Source: an uncultured Pedobacter sp. (lineage in GTDB: Bacteria; Bacteroidota; Bacteroidia; Sphingobacteriales; Sphingobacteriaceae). From it: 64,000 bases of DNA. The first letter of the stretch is position 1. Every line of letters starts with the position of its first letter. The stretch covers positions 32,813 to 96,812 of the forward strand of contig NZ_CAJYOJ010000065.1 of the NCBI RefSeq assembly GCF_913776295.1, given 5' to 3'. The notes under the pieces are model-generated. The model had not been told where the DNA came from. It was given only the letters and a program-made list of their open reading frames with translations, and searched no databases. The position numbers and the translations under genes are program-made. Below are positions 40,477 to 50,963 of this stretch, piece by piece.

Positions 40477-41039
40477 TATTCTGCTGTTTTTTGATTTTTA
40501 AATGGTAATCCGAATTGTTTCAATAACTCAAGCGCCTCAACGTCAGATTTTGCCGAAGTTACGAAAGTTATATCCATCCCTAAAATTTTATTGATTTTAT
40601 CGATATTAATCTCCGGGAAGATGATTTGCTCAGTAACACCTAATGTATAGTTACCTTTTCCATCGAAACCTTTATCGTTAATACCTTTGAAATCACGGAT
40701 ACGTGGTAAAGCTACTGAAATCAAACGATCTAAGAACTCGTACATGTTGTTATCGCGTAAAGTAACACGCACACCTACCGGCATACCTTTACGTAATTTA
40801 AAGTTAGAGATATCTTTTTTAGATTGTGCCGGAACCGCTTGCTGACCAGTAATGGTAGTCAACTCAACGATAGTGGTATCCATAATCTTTTTATCTGTAA
40901 CAGAAAAACGACCAACACCCTGATTGATACAGATTTTTTCCAACTTAGGAACCTGCATTACAGTTTTGTACTGAAATTTCTCTTTTAATGCATTTACAAC
41001 TTCTTCTTTGTATTTGCTTTTTAATCTAGGTGTAGCCAT
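40476..41039 (-). CDS. rplE: 50S ribosomal protein L5
   Basis: [25 protein letters not shown]. Confidence 0.99.
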   Translation of the reverse strand: MATPRLKSKYKEEVVNALKEKFQYKTVMQVPKLEKICINQGVGRFSVTDKKIMDTTIVELTTITGQQAVPAQSKKDISNFKLRKGMPVGVRVTLRDNNMYEFLDRLISVALPRIRDFKGINDKGFDGKGNYTLGVTEQIIFPEINIDKINKILGMDITFVTSAKSDVEALELLKQFGLPFKNQKTAE

Positions 41040-41377
41040 TATTTAATCTCCTCTCCTGAAATTTTAGCAACTCTAACCAATTTACCATCTGCGTTAAGTT
41101 TACGACCTACGCGGGTAGCTTTACCAGATTTTGGATCAACCAACATCAGGTTAGAAATGTGAAGAGCAGCTTCTTTTTTAATAATACCACCGTTTGGATT
41201 AGCAGCATTTGGTTTAGTGTGTTTAGCTACTAAATTAATGCCTTCTACAATGGCTCTGTTTTTATCTTTTTGTACTGAAAGTACTTTTCCTTGTTGACCT
41301 TTTGAATCGCCAGCAATTACTTTAACTAAATCTCCTGTACGGATTTTAAGTTTTGGTGTATTTACTTTGTTTCCCAT
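41039..41377 (-). CDS. rplX: 50S ribosomal protein L24
   Basis: KOW motif GDLVKVIAG; EAALHISN. Confidence 0.99.
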   Translation of the reverse strand: MGNKVNTPKLKIRTGDLVKVIAGDSKGQQGKVLSVQKDKNRAIVEGINLVAKHTKPNAANPNGGIIKKEAALHISNLMLVDPKSGKATRVGRKLNADGKLVRVAKISGEEIK

Positions 41378-41378
41378 T

Positions 41379-41747
41379 TTATAATACCTCCGGTGCTAAT
41401 GATACGATTTTCATGAATTGTTTTTCACGTAGTTCTCTCGCAACCGGGCCAAAGATACGTGTACCTCTTGGCTCATCCTGTGCGTTCAATAATACAGCAG
41501 CATTATCGTCAAAACGGATATAAGAACCATCTTTACGACGGATTTCTTTTTTAGTTCTTACAACAACTGCTTTAGAAACTGTACCTTTTTTGATGTTACC
41601 TGAAGGTAACGCGCTTTTTACGGTAACAACTACTTTATCACCAATTGAAGCATAACGTTTGCCGGTTCCACCTAGCACACGAATTACCAATACTTCTTTT
41701 GCGCCGCTGTTATCAGCAACGTTTAATCTCGATTCCTGTTGTACCAT
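41379..41747 (-). CDS. rplN: 50S ribosomal protein L14
   Basis: [22 protein letters not shown]. Confidence 0.99.
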   Translation of the reverse strand: MVQQESRLNVADNSGAKEVLVIRVLGGTGKRYASIGDKVVVTVKSALPSGNIKKGTVSKAVVVRTKKEIRRKDGSYIRFDDNAAVLLNAQDEPRGTRIFGPVARELREKQFMKIVSLAPEVL

Positions 41748-41748
41748 C

Positions 41749-42003
41749 TTATTTAGCTCTTTCTAAAATTTGTACCAATCTCCAGTTCTTGTTTTTACTC
41801 AAAGGACGAGTTTCCATAATTAGTACGGTATCACCGATACCACACTCATTTTTCTCGTCGTGAGCCATAAATTTGGTAGTTTTCTTTACGAACTTACCAT
41901 AAATCGGGTGTTTCACTTTACGTTCCACGCTCACTACAACAGATTTATCCATCTTGTTGCTTACCACTAACCCGGTTCTTGTTTTTCTTAATTGTCTTTC
42001 CAT
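41749..42003 (-). CDS. rpsQ: 30S ribosomal protein S17
   Basis: [20 protein letters not shown]; start probably ATG 42003. Confidence 0.98.
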   Translation of the reverse strand: MERQLRKTRTGLVVSNKMDKSVVVSVERKVKHPIYGKFVKKTTKFMAHDEKNECGIGDTVLIMETRPLSKNKNWRLVQILERAK

Positions 42004-42016
42004 GTCGACTCTCAAA

Positions 42017-42229
42017 TTATTTAGTTTCAGTAGCTGACTCCGTGTTTTTCACTTTAGTCAACTGAGTGTTTAAACGGGCTATGTCTTTCCTTACTTTTGC
42101 AATACGCGAAGGATTTTCGATAGCTGAAATAGTGTGAGCGAACTTTAATTTTGACAAGTTCTCTTTTTCTTCCGCAATCTTAGCTACTAATTCTTCTTTT
42201 GAAAGCCCTGTGATTTCTGAATTTTTCAT
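42017..42229 (-). CDS. rpmC: 50S ribosomal protein L29
   Basis: [17 protein letters not shown]; position in the operon. Confidence 0.97.
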   Translation of the reverse strand: MKNSEITGLSKEELVAKIAEEKENLSKLKFAHTISAIENPSRIAKVRKDIARLNTQLTKVKNTESATETK

Positions 42230-42302
42230 TTTTCTTTTTCTTTTACGTTGAGTGTAGCGGTTATAATAAACAAGTATTTACAACATTCATCTCAACACTT
42301 TA

Positions 42303-42725
42303 CTATGCTTCTACGTAATCTCTACGTACTACGAATTTGGTTTGGATCGGTAATTTCTGAGCAGCTAAACGCAATGCTTCTTTAGCAACTTCCAAAGGCA
42401 CACCTTCAGCTTCGAAAATTACGCGTCCAGGTCTCACAACTGCTACCCAATATTCAGGAGCACCTTTACCTTTACCCATACGTACCTCAGCAGGTTTTTT
42501 AGTTACCGGTTTGTCCGGGAAGATCCTGATCCATACTTGGCCTTCACGTTTCATGAAACGGGTTACGGCAATACGGGCAGCCTCGATCTGGCGACTTGTG
42601 ATCCAAGTAGCTTCTAGAGATTTGATACCGAAAGATCCGAATGCTAACTCAGCTCCACGGGAAGCTAACCCCTTCATTCTGCCTTTTTGCATCTTCCTGA
42701 ACTTCGTTCTTTTTGGCTGTAACAT
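42303..42725 (-). CDS. rplP: 50S ribosomal protein L16
   Basis: [18 protein letters not shown]. Confidence 0.99.
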   Translation of the reverse strand: MLQPKRTKFRKMQKGRMKGLASRGAELAFGSFGIKSLEATWITSRQIEAARIAVTRFMKREGQVWIRIFPDKPVTKKPAEVRMGKGKGAPEYWVAVVRPGRVIFEAEGVPLEVAKEALRLAAQKLPIQTKFVVRRDYVEA

Positions 42726-42765
42726 TTTATTTTGTTCTAATCGTTAAACGATGTTAATAAATCAA

Positions 42766-43611
42766 TTATTTACGAGGACCTCTGTTAGCGCCTGCGCCAC
42801 CACCTCTGTTTGCACCACCTTGGCCCGGACCACGACCGCCGCCTTGGTTTCCACCACGTCTGTCGTTACCACCGCCACGGTTATCTCTTCCACCACCACG
42901 GTTATCTCTTCCACCGAAAGCTGGTTTATCTGATGCGCCTTTTGGACCGTTGTTTGTTGCACCAATGTTTGGAGACAAATCACGTTTTCCATAAACCTCA
43001 CCTTTACAGATCCAAACTTTAACACCTATCTTACCATAAGTAGTTAAGGCTTCAGCTAAAGCGTAGTCGATATCAGCACGGAATGTATGCAAAGGCACTC
43101 TTCCTTCTTTGTACTGCTCAGTACGTGCCATTTCAGCACCACCTAAACGGCCAGAAGTCATGATTTTGATACCTTCAGCACCCATACGCATGGTTGATGC
43201 GATAGAAGATTTCATTGCTCTACGGAATGAGATCCTTGCTTCTAATTGTTTTGCAACACCTTCTGCAACTAATTGTGCATCAAGTTCCGGGCGTTTAATT
43301 TCGAAGATGTTAATTTGAATTTCCTTTTTAGTCAGTTTCTTTAACTCTTCTTTGATTTTATCAACCTCAGCACCTGCTTTACCGATTACAATACCCGGAC
43401 GAGCAGTGTGTATGGTAACGGTGATACGTTTTAACGTACGCTCGATAACCACTTTTGCTACACCGCCTTTTGCAATACGGGCAGAAAGGTATTTTCTTAT
43501 TTTCTCATCTTCAACTAATTTATCGGAGTAGTTGTTGCCACCGAACCAGTTAGAATCCCATCCTTTGATAATTCCTAATCTGGCACCTATTGGATTTGCT
43601 TTTTGTCCCAT
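42766..43611 (-). CDS. rpsC: 30S ribosomal protein S3 with RGG-rich tail
   Basis: [28 protein letters not shown]. Confidence 0.99.
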   Translation of the reverse strand: MGQKANPIGARLGIIKGWDSNWFGGNNYSDKLVEDEKIRKYLSARIAKGGVAKVVIERTLKRITVTIHTARPGIVIGKAGAEVDKIKEELKKLTKKEIQINIFEIKRPELDAQLVAEGVAKQLEARISFRRAMKSSIASTMRMGAEGIKIMTSGRLGGAEMARTEQYKEGRVPLHTFRADIDYALAEALTTYGKIGVKVWICKGEVYGKRDLSPNIGATNNGPKGASDKPAFGGRDNRGGGRDNRGGGNDRRGGNQGGGRGPGQGGANRGGGAGANRGPRK

Positions 43612-43618
43612 TTCCTAA

Positions 43619-43981
43619 TTAGTTTTGAGTTGTTTCTGTATTTTTACTATCTACAATCAGCGTTACGTGGTTAGAACGTTTACGAATTCTATATCCACGG
43701 CCTTGAGGAGCTGGACGTAAGCGTTTTAACTGACGGCCACCATCAACCATAACTGTTTTAACAAAAAGTTGATTTTCTTCAGGGCGGGCACCTTCATTTT
43801 TAGCTTCCCAGTTTTTGATAGCAGATAATAATAATTTCTCAACTTTTATTGCTGCTTCTTTATTGGTAAACTTTAAAATGCTTAATGCTTTTTCCACACG
43901 TTCACCTCTGATAAGATCTACAACCAAACGCATCTTACGCGGTGAGGTTGGACAATTGTTTAATTTTGCTACTGCTTCCAT
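43619..43981 (-). CDS. rplV: 50S ribosomal protein L22
   Basis: [15 protein letters not shown]...KRSNH. Confidence 0.99.
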   Translation of the reverse strand: MEAVAKLNNCPTSPRKMRLVVDLIRGERVEKALSILKFTNKEAAIKVEKLLLSAIKNWEAKNEGARPEENQLFVKTVMVDGGRQLKRLRPAPQGRGYRIRKRSNHVTLIVDSKNTETTQN

Positions 43982-43988
43982 TGTCTAA

Positions 43989-44255
43989 TTATTTTTTCTT
44001 TTCAGCGTGTCCTCTGAATGTTCTGGTTGGAGCAAATTCTCCCAACTTGTGACCAACCATGTTTTCTGTAACGTACACAGGGATGAATTTATTTCCGTTG
44101 TGTACAGCAAATGTATGATTCACAAAGTCTGGTGATATCATTGATCTGCGAGACCAAGTTTTGATTACAGACTTTTTGCCTGAATCATTCATAGAGTTTA
44201 CTTTTTTCTCTACGTTATGGTCAATATAAGGTCCTTTTTTTATCGAACGAGCCAT
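43989..44255 (-). CDS. rpsS: 30S ribosomal protein S19
   Basis: [18 protein letters not shown]. Confidence 0.99.
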   Translation of the reverse strand: MARSIKKGPYIDHNVEKKVNSMNDSGKKSVIKTWSRRSMISPDFVNHTFAVHNGNKFIPVYVTENMVGHKLGEFAPTRTFRGHAEKKK

Positions 44256-45079
44256 TATTTCTTCCTTCTCTCTATGATGTAACGATTAGAATATTTTTTA
44301 AGTTCTCTGGTTTTGTAGCCTTTAGCTAAAACGCCTTTTCTTGAACGTGGGTGACCACCTGATGATCTACCTTCACCACCACCCATTGGGTGATCTACCG
44401 GGTTCATCGCTACCGGTCTGGTTCTCGGACGACGGCCCAACCAACGTTTACGACCAGCTTTACCTAACACTTCATTTGCGTGATCTGAGTTAGATACCGC
44501 ACCGATAGTAGCAAGACAACTTGTCAGAATTAAACGGGTTTCGCCTGAAGGCATTTTTAAAGTAGCATATTTACCATCGCGGGCAGCTAACTGTGCATAA
44601 GCACCTGCACTACGAGCCAATTGTGCTCCTTTTCCAGGGTGAATCTCCACGTTGTGGATGATAGAACCTAACGGAATGTTCGATAATTTTAAAGTGTTAC
44701 CTACTTCTGGTGCTGCTTTGTCGCCCGATAATAATACCGAACCAACTTGCAATCCTTCAGGAGCGATGATATAACGCTTCTCGCCATCTGCATAATGTAA
44801 TAATGCGATGCGGGCAGTACGGTTAGGATCGTATTCAACAGTAGCTACTGTTGCAGGAATATCGAATTTATCGCGTTTGAAGTCGATAATACGATAAGAT
44901 TTTTTGTGACCACCACCGATATAGCGCATAGTCATCTTACCTGTATTGTTACGTCCACCAGACTTTTTTGATGATACAACCAATGATTTTTCGGGCTTGG
45001 TTGCTGTAATCTCCGTAAAACTAGCACCAACTCTGAAGCGGGTACCTGGAGTAACTGGTTTAAATTTTCTTAAGCCCAT
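44255..45079 (-). CDS. rplB: 50S ribosomal protein L2
   Basis: [21 protein letters not shown]. Confidence 0.99.
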   Translation of the reverse strand: MGLRKFKPVTPGTRFRVGASFTEITATKPEKSLVVSSKKSGGRNNTGKMTMRYIGGGHKKSYRIIDFKRDKFDIPATVATVEYDPNRTARIALLHYADGEKRYIIAPEGLQVGSVLLSGDKAAPEVGNTLKLSNIPLGSIIHNVEIHPGKGAQLARSAGAYAQLAARDGKYATLKMPSGETRLILTSCLATIGAVSNSDHANEVLGKAGRKRWLGRRPRTRPVAMNPVDHPMGGGEGRSSGGHPRSRKGVLAKGYKTRELKKYSNRYIIERRKK

Positions 45080-45099
45080 AGTTATAATGAATAATTAAA

Positions 45100-45390
45100 T
45101 TAAAGGGTTGCGTAATAATCTATTGTTTCGCCGTCTTTTAACGTTACGATTGCTTTTTTGTATTTCGGGCTACGGCCTGATACAAAACCTGCTTTAGTGT
45201 AACGAGATTTAGCTTTTCCATCAACAACCATAGTGTTCACTGCAACGATGGTTACACCGTACAATTTTTCAATAGCAGCTTTGATTTGGATTTTGTTAGC
45301 CTTGTGATTAACACTGAACGTGAAACGGTTAGATTTCTCAGATAAAGCTGAAGCTTTTTCGGTTAATATTGGTTTTTTTAAAATTTCCAT
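45100..45390 (-). CDS. rplW: 50S ribosomal protein L23
   Basis: PILTEK, KKAIVTL; start ATG 45390. Confidence 0.98.
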   Translation of the reverse strand: MEILKKPILTEKASALSEKSNRFTFSVNHKANKIQIKAAIEKLYGVTIVAVNTMVVDGKAKSRYTKAGFVSGRSPKYKKAIVTLKDGETIDYYATL

Positions 45391-45391
45391 A

Positions 45392-46021
45392 TTACTTGGC
45401 AAACGCCTCCTCCAAAGTTTTAACAGAATCAGCAGTTAACACAAGTACACCAGCGTTCAACACATCATAAGTGTTTAAATCTGCCGCAGAGATTACTTTA
45501 GTTTTCTGAACGTTTCTGCTTGATAAATAGATATTATTATTTTGTGCAGGTAAAACCAACAAAGTTTTTTGATCATCTACTTTTAAAGCAGCCAATAAAC
45601 TTGTGTAGTTTTTAGTTTTAATCGTATCGAAGTTGAAATCTTCCAAAACTACCACGTTGTTGTCTTTTGCTTTGTAAGCTAAAGCCGATTTACGTGCCAA
45701 TGATTTTAATTTCTTGTTCAATTTAAAACTGTAATCACGTGGCTGAGGACCGAAAACACGACCACCACCGTTAAATAACGGAGATTTAATGCTACCGGCA
45801 CGGGCACCACCTGTACCTTTTTGTTTGTATAGTTTACGGGTCGAACCAGCAATTTCATTACGTTGCTTAGATTTGTGCGTACCTTGACGTTGGTTAGCCA
45901 AATACTGTTTTACATCTAAATAAATCGCGTGGTCGTTAGGCTCGATACCAAATACCGATTCAGGAAGTTGCACCTTGGCACCTGTTTCTTTACCTGAAAT
46001 GTTTAATACTTTAACTTCCAT
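45392..46021 (-). CDS. rplD: 50S ribosomal protein L4
   Basis: [21 protein letters not shown]. Confidence 0.99.
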   Translation of the reverse strand: MEVKVLNISGKETGAKVQLPESVFGIEPNDHAIYLDVKQYLANQRQGTHKSKQRNEIAGSTRKLYKQKGTGGARAGSIKSPLFNGGGRVFGPQPRDYSFKLNKKLKSLARKSALAYKAKDNNVVVLEDFNFDTIKTKNYTSLLAALKVDDQKTLLVLPAQNNNIYLSSRNVQKTKVISAADLNTYDVLNAGVLVLTADSVKTLEEAFAK

Positions 46022-46025
46022 CTGA

Positions 46026-46643
46026 TTATTTGTCTAAGATTACGTAAGAACCTTTAGCTCCTGGAATGGAACCACTAACTACTAATAGGTTTTGCTCAGC
46101 ATAAACTTTCAAAACCTGTAAGTTTTGAATTTTTACCCTGTCTCCACCTGTTCTTCCTGCCATGCGCATTCCTTTGAATACACGTGAAGGAAATGATGAT
46201 GCTCCCAATGAACCTGGGGCACGTAAACGGTTATGCTGACCGTGAGTCTGCATACCAACACCGGCAAATCCGTGGCGTTTTACAACACCTTGAAAACCTT
46301 TACCTTTTGAGGTACCTACAACATCAACAAAATCGCCTTCTGCAAATGCATCTACAGTTACAACATCACCTAAGCTAAGTGCAGTTGTAAATGAGTTGAA
46401 TTCTACCAGCTTGCGTTTTGGAGTTGTGTTTGCTTTCGCGAAATGGCCTTTTAACGGCTGAGAAGTGTTTTTCTCTTTTTTCTCATCGTATCCCAACTGA
46501 ACAGCTGAATACCCGTCTTTTTCTTCGGTCTTTACTTGTGTAACTACACAAGGCCCAGCTTCGATTACAGTACAAGGAATGTTTCTTCCTTCTGCATCGA
46601 AAATACTGGTCATTCCTACTTTTTTTCCAATAATTCCTGACAT
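46026..46643 (-). CDS. rplC: 50S ribosomal protein L3
   Basis: [12 protein letters not shown] start at 46643; GKGFQG. Confidence 0.99.
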   Translation of the reverse strand: MSGIIGKKVGMTSIFDAEGRNIPCTVIEAGPCVVTQVKTEEKDGYSAVQLGYDEKKEKNTSQPLKGHFAKANTTPKRKLVEFNSFTTALSLGDVVTVDAFAEGDFVDVVGTSKGKGFQGVVKRHGFAGVGMQTHGQHNRLRAPGSLGASSFPSRVFKGMRMAGRTGGDRVKIQNLQVLKVYAEQNLLVVSGSIPGAKGSYVILDK

Positions 46644-46720
46644 TTTATCTTTTCTTTTTAACACCCATCGAAGCAGTAGGGCTTCGTTCAAGGTGGTTGT
46701 ACATCCCCCGAAAGGGACGG

Positions 46721-46751
46721 CAAAGATAGACAAGAATTATTAATTTTCAAA
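46721..46751 (-). promoter_or_regulatory. Dedicated rplC promoter (-33/-7)
   Basis: Minus strand TTTG-N19-TAtcTTTG, the canonical Bacteroidota arrangement. Confidence 0.85.
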
Positions 46752-47020
46752 TAGTTAGCTAAATATTTTTTCAAATAAATTGCTGATATGATGGGATTTA
46801 GCCTAATAATGAAAGATAATATGCTATTAGAACATTTAAAAGGATAGCTATAAACCTGACTAAAAGCAATTTAATCCATATTTCAGGCGTAAAAAAGGGC
46901 GAATCTATTCAAATATTTGCTATCTATGATACATCACTTTTATCTGCGGCAAAAGATCAAATATTGCATTTCGCAACAAGAATATTTTAAATCTTGGTCA
47001 TTATGTAAATTATTGAAAAA

Positions 47021-47416
47021 TCAATGTGCAATCCCGCCATTCAGGCTGATGGTTATAATAGCCAAAATAATAAATCCGATCAGTACATAAAGGTAATCGC
47101 GCTCAATTAAAAAGCTAAAGATGGCGAAAACGATACGCGCAATCGGTGTAAAAATGAGCATCAATATGCCAAACTGTACAATAGCATCACCCTGAAAACT
47201 AGTTACTCCTTTAAATATAGCCAAAATAGAAGAAAGCTTACCGACTTCAGGCTTAAAAACTTTATAATCAGTAATGGCTCCTTTATTATGGATGAGGAAA
47301 ATGGCACCACCGATTAATACAATAGCCATGGAAATGATTACACCGGCACGTAACAATGTACCGAGAATTACCTGAATATCCTTATCGTTCAGATTTTCTT
47401 TTTTTGCTGTATCCAT
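47021..47416 (-). CDS. DUF1634 family membrane protein
   Basis: LLRAGV, QFGILMLIFTPIARIV, ERDYLY; coupled to a TauE gene. Confidence 0.85.
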   Translation of the reverse strand: MDTAKKENLNDKDIQVILGTLLRAGVIISMAIVLIGGAIFLIHNKGAITDYKVFKPEVGKLSSILAIFKGVTSFQGDAIVQFGILMLIFTPIARIVFAIFSFLIERDYLYVLIGFIILAIITISLNGGIAH

Positions 47417-48249
47417 TATAATCCACTTATTCCTTTATAAATCATCTGCAATGCCAGAAAGGTAACTACAATGGCAAATACCATTTTAAGTTTATCGGTT
47501 TTGGCCTTTACCAATACTTTCGAGCCAACTGTTGCGCCGGTTAAAACACCAATGCATACCGGCATGGCAATGCCAGGATCAATCTGGCCCCGGTGCAGAT
47601 AAACCACTGCACTGGCTGCTGCCGTAACCCCCATCATAAAATTACTGGTTGTGGTTGATACCTTAAAGGGTAATCGCATAATATTATCCATTGCAATTAC
47701 CTTCAGGGCCCCACTCCCAATGCCCAGCAAACCTGATAAGGTTCCGGCGAAAAGCATCATCAAAAAACCTCCCGGAACATGTTTTACCGAGTATGAACGA
47801 TTTATGCCCTTATCAGGGTAAGATCCGTTAAGCTTAAAAAATCTGGCCCATTTATCGGTATCATCCAAAGTAGTGTGATCTACCTTTTTCTTTAAAGTCA
47901 TGATTGCCGAAAAGATTAAAATACAGCCAAATAAAATAGCGATATAGTTTGCATTAAGGTAAACGGCTACAATTGCGCCGCAAATGGCACCTATAGTGGT
48001 TGCAATTTCTAAAAACATCCCGATCCGGATATTGGTGATGCCCTCTTTTACATAAGCAGCAGCCGAGCCTGAAGAAGTAGCAATAACCGAAACAATGGAT
48101 GCACCAATAGCATAGTGGATGTCAACACCTAAAGCCAGTGTAAGTAACGGTATAATAATAACCCCTCCACCTAAACCAGTAAGCGAGCCTAGTAATCCAG
48201 CTAAAAAAGCGCCTAATAAAACAATAAGGGTAAACAGCAATACCGACAT
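47416..48249 (-). CDS. Sulfite exporter TauE/SafE family protein
   Basis: GLGGGVII, SVIATSSGSA, GLLGIGSG, TTTSNFMMGVT. Confidence 0.9.
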   Translation of the reverse strand: MSVLLFTLIVLLGAFLAGLLGSLTGLGGGVIIIPLLTLALGVDIHYAIGASIVSVIATSSGSAAAYVKEGITNIRIGMFLEIATTIGAICGAIVAVYLNANYIAILFGCILIFSAIMTLKKKVDHTTLDDTDKWARFFKLNGSYPDKGINRSYSVKHVPGGFLMMLFAGTLSGLLGIGSGALKVIAMDNIMRLPFKVSTTTSNFMMGVTAAASAVVYLHRGQIDPGIAMPVCIGVLTGATVGSKVLVKAKTDKLKMVFAIVVTFLALQMIYKGISGL

Positions 48250-48326
48250 GTTGACAAATATAAGGCACTTGTCTGGGCGAAACGAAGGATCTGCGGAATA
48301 AAATAAAGTCTATATGTTATATGGAT

Positions 48327-48399
48327 GATGTAAGATGTGTGATGAAAATGGAAAAGGTTAAAATGGAAAACATAATGCCATCCATCTTACATTTTACAT
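48327..48399. repeat. Heptamer-periodic inverted array (GATG / CAT)
   Basis: GATG at 48327, 48334, 48341; CAT at 48383, 48390, 48397. Confidence 0.65.
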
Positions 48400-49655
48400 T
48401 ACTTACCCAATCTCTTTATCATCTCGGCACTCAAATCCCTGCCATCATTCAGCCGGTTGGCAAAAAATGATTTGGCCGCTTCAAAATGTTCCTTGTAACC
48501 CTTCAAATCGCCGTAACCGATAATGGATGCCCACTCATGCACCGCGGTATGGAATTCGAGATCATCGCCACGGATTGATTTGTCATATAATGCCGTATGG
48601 ATAGATTCTTCCAGCATAACCTCATTTTTAAAAAGGTATTCGGCAATGCCCAGCCTTAATTTGAAAGGCGGTGTCTGGCAGATCAGGTTATCGTAAGGAT
48701 TTACACCCATTTTATACCAGGCATACACCATACTCAATAAACTAAGGTGCGAATTGGGTTTCTGTTTATGGTCCGCATCAGACAGGCTAAACTCTTTCAT
48801 GATGTTATCATCCAGCAATAAAAGCGAACGGCTTTCATGGAAAACGAAATCGCGGGCCAGATAAATTTTCTCCCTGAATTCCTTTTCATTTTCACAGATC
48901 ATCAGCTTAAACAGTTCAGACTCTGCCTGTGCATAATATTTAACCTGTTTTTGCGCATAAGGATTTAGAATGGCCAAACCGGCATAGATGTGCGATTTAT
49001 AGCTAAAAATCCTTAGGGTAGTGAGAATCTTTACGTTATCAATTCCACCTGCATAAGCAGGATTATCCCAGGGAAAGAAACCGGCATTTTTCCAGGCAGA
49101 GCCCATGCTCTCAAAACCCATATGCGTTACCGCCTGCGTATCAGCCACAATACGGTCATGCTCGCGGTAATCATCCATCTCAATAATCTTCGATTTTAAA
49201 GATTGATAGACTTCCAATGCCTGTGCATAAACTTCATCGGTTGCGCGGTGACGCACCACTACAAGCGTTTGTCCTTCAGAGCTGAATGCCGGACCGTGCA
49301 AAGAATGGCAGGTTACAATCTGGGTATCCAGGGGAAGGTGTTTTTCAAAAGCAGCAATTTCGGGGTGTTTGACCGATGTTTGGCCCGAAACAATTGCACC
49401 ATATTTGGTGGAGCGTGCAAAAGTTGCCACCACTTCATCAATTTTCTCGGCTTCAACGCAGTAAATGATAAAATCAGATTTACGTGCCACTTCATGGCCA
49501 TCAATCAAAACCTCAATCCCTTTAGGTTCAAGCTCATTTTTTAAATCCGTAAAACGTAAAGGCATATCCGCCCCACATACCTTATAACCTGCGTTTACAA
49601 ACGAAAGAGCATATAGTTTGCCCATATCGCCCATACCAATAATTCCTATTTGCAT
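48399..49655 (-). CDS. tyrA: Prephenate dehydrogenase (long, fungal Tyr1-like type)
   Basis: GIIGMGDMG Rossmann fold, GQTSVK, CHSLHGP, HDRIVADTQAVTH; 418 aa. Confidence 0.88.
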   Translation of the reverse strand: MQIGIIGMGDMGKLYALSFVNAGYKVCGADMPLRFTDLKNELEPKGIEVLIDGHEVARKSDFIIYCVEAEKIDEVVATFARSTKYGAIVSGQTSVKHPEIAAFEKHLPLDTQIVTCHSLHGPAFSSEGQTLVVVRHRATDEVYAQALEVYQSLKSKIIEMDDYREHDRIVADTQAVTHMGFESMGSAWKNAGFFPWDNPAYAGGIDNVKILTTLRIFSYKSHIYAGLAILNPYAQKQVKYYAQAESELFKLMICENEKEFREKIYLARDFVFHESRSLLLLDDNIMKEFSLSDADHKQKPNSHLSLLSMVYAWYKMGVNPYDNLICQTPPFKLRLGIAEYLFKNEVMLEESIHTALYDKSIRGDDLEFHTAVHEWASIIGYGDLKGYKEHFEAAKSFFANRLNDGRDLSAEMIKRLGK

Positions 49656-49825
49656 GAAACAAATGTAACCTATCGTAAATAAATTTATAATAAAAGTTAG
49701 ATAAAATTGTTATTTAGAATGTTAAACCAAAATAATTTTATCGATTTGCCAAAATCTTAACCCATTTTACAGAGCGCAAAACGGATAAAAATGTAGTTTT
49801 ACATGCTAATACCTATATTTAAACT

Positions 49826-50437
49826 ATGCAAAAAATTAAACACACCTTATTGTTTTTAGGCGCTATGCTATTTTTAAACACTGCGTTTGCGCAAACCGCT
49901 CCCGACACTACAAAAAACACTGATCCTTCGCTAAATGGTCAGTATCAGTTCATGTTAAAAAAATCTAAAAGTTTGTATGGCGCGAAACTGATCAACCCAA
50001 ACCGTTTATCCGCTTTGTGGAAAAGTGTGAATGATACACTGAAAAAGGAACGCAAAAAATTGCAGGAAGCCAGGCAGGAAATTAAAGCACAAGCCGGCAA
50101 TATTTCAAGTTTAAAAGGCGAGGTTACCGGAAAAGAAAACTCACTGGCCAATGCTACAGCCTCGGTTAACGAAATTAAGTTTTTAGGAATTTCATTTAAC
50201 AAGGGCACTTATAACACCATTGTCTGGACCATTATTATTGTGCTGGGCATTGGCTTGGCTTTTGTTATTTTTCAATCCGGAAAATTAAGACATGAGGCTA
50301 AGTACAGAACTGAACTTTACCAGGAAGTAGCCGACGAATTTCAGGCACATAAGGTAAAGGCAAAAGATAAAGAAATGAAACTGGCACGTGAACTACAGGA
50401 CGAGAGAAATAAATGGGACGAAAGTAGAGGAAGATAA
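49826..50437 (+). CDS. Conserved hypothetical protein (signal peptide, coiled coil, TM helix)
   Basis: Signal peptide AFAQ, coiled coil, TM segment, cytoplasmic ARELQDERNK tail. Confidence 0.8.
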   Translation: MQKIKHTLLFLGAMLFLNTAFAQTAPDTTKNTDPSLNGQYQFMLKKSKSLYGAKLINPNRLSALWKSVNDTLKKERKKLQEARQEIKAQAGNISSLKGEVTGKENSLANATASVNEIKFLGISFNKGTYNTIVWTIIIVLGIGLAFVIFQSGKLRHEAKYRTELYQEVADEFQAHKVKAKDKEMKLARELQDERNKWDESRGR

Positions 50438-50680
50438 CATATCATAGCGCTTCCGGAACCATGCGAAATAGTTTGAATTAGTGTAAGAAGGCAACACCTG
50501 ACACCATTATACACTGATAAAAGGATTTGCTACCGGTGGTTTATCACACTTAGAAAAGTACATTTTTCCGTAAAAATGCGCTCAAAGCGAGATGCAAACC
50601 TTTTTATTCCAAATAGAAGAGAAGCACATGATGCCTTTGTAAAAACCATGACAAATGCTTTCTAAAAGATAAAAATTAAA

Positions 50681-50933
50681 AACCTGAACTCGATAATTAT
50701 TCAACTAAAATACTGCCTTATAAACGACCCGTCTCCTACCGATTCATCTTGCTAAACTTGTTTTACAAATAGAAATAATATTTTCAATGGCCTTGTAGCT
50801 ACATCGTGGTCAGCATCTTTTTAGCAGGGAAGACCCTGAAATGAATCCGGTTGCTATCGGATCAGAGTGACGGCATCTTAATCAAAAAATCCATATAAAC
50901 TACCTGGAGGCAACTATTAATCGAATTCAGGTT
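50681..50933. mobile_element. Candidate non-autonomous element (MITE-like) bounded by 14-bp terminal inverted repeats
   Basis: aacctgaactcgat (50681-50694) vs atcgaattcaggtt (50920-50933), 13/14 complementary; no ORF inside. Confidence 0.4.
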
Positions 50934-50963
50934 AAAAGCAATATCAATTATCAAGTTAAAAAA

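Noticed and set aside
49826-50437. tRNA (guanine-N1) methyltransferase label often given to similar proteins
   Set aside because: No SPOUT or Rossmann motifs; the sequence shows signal peptide, coiled coil and TM helix.
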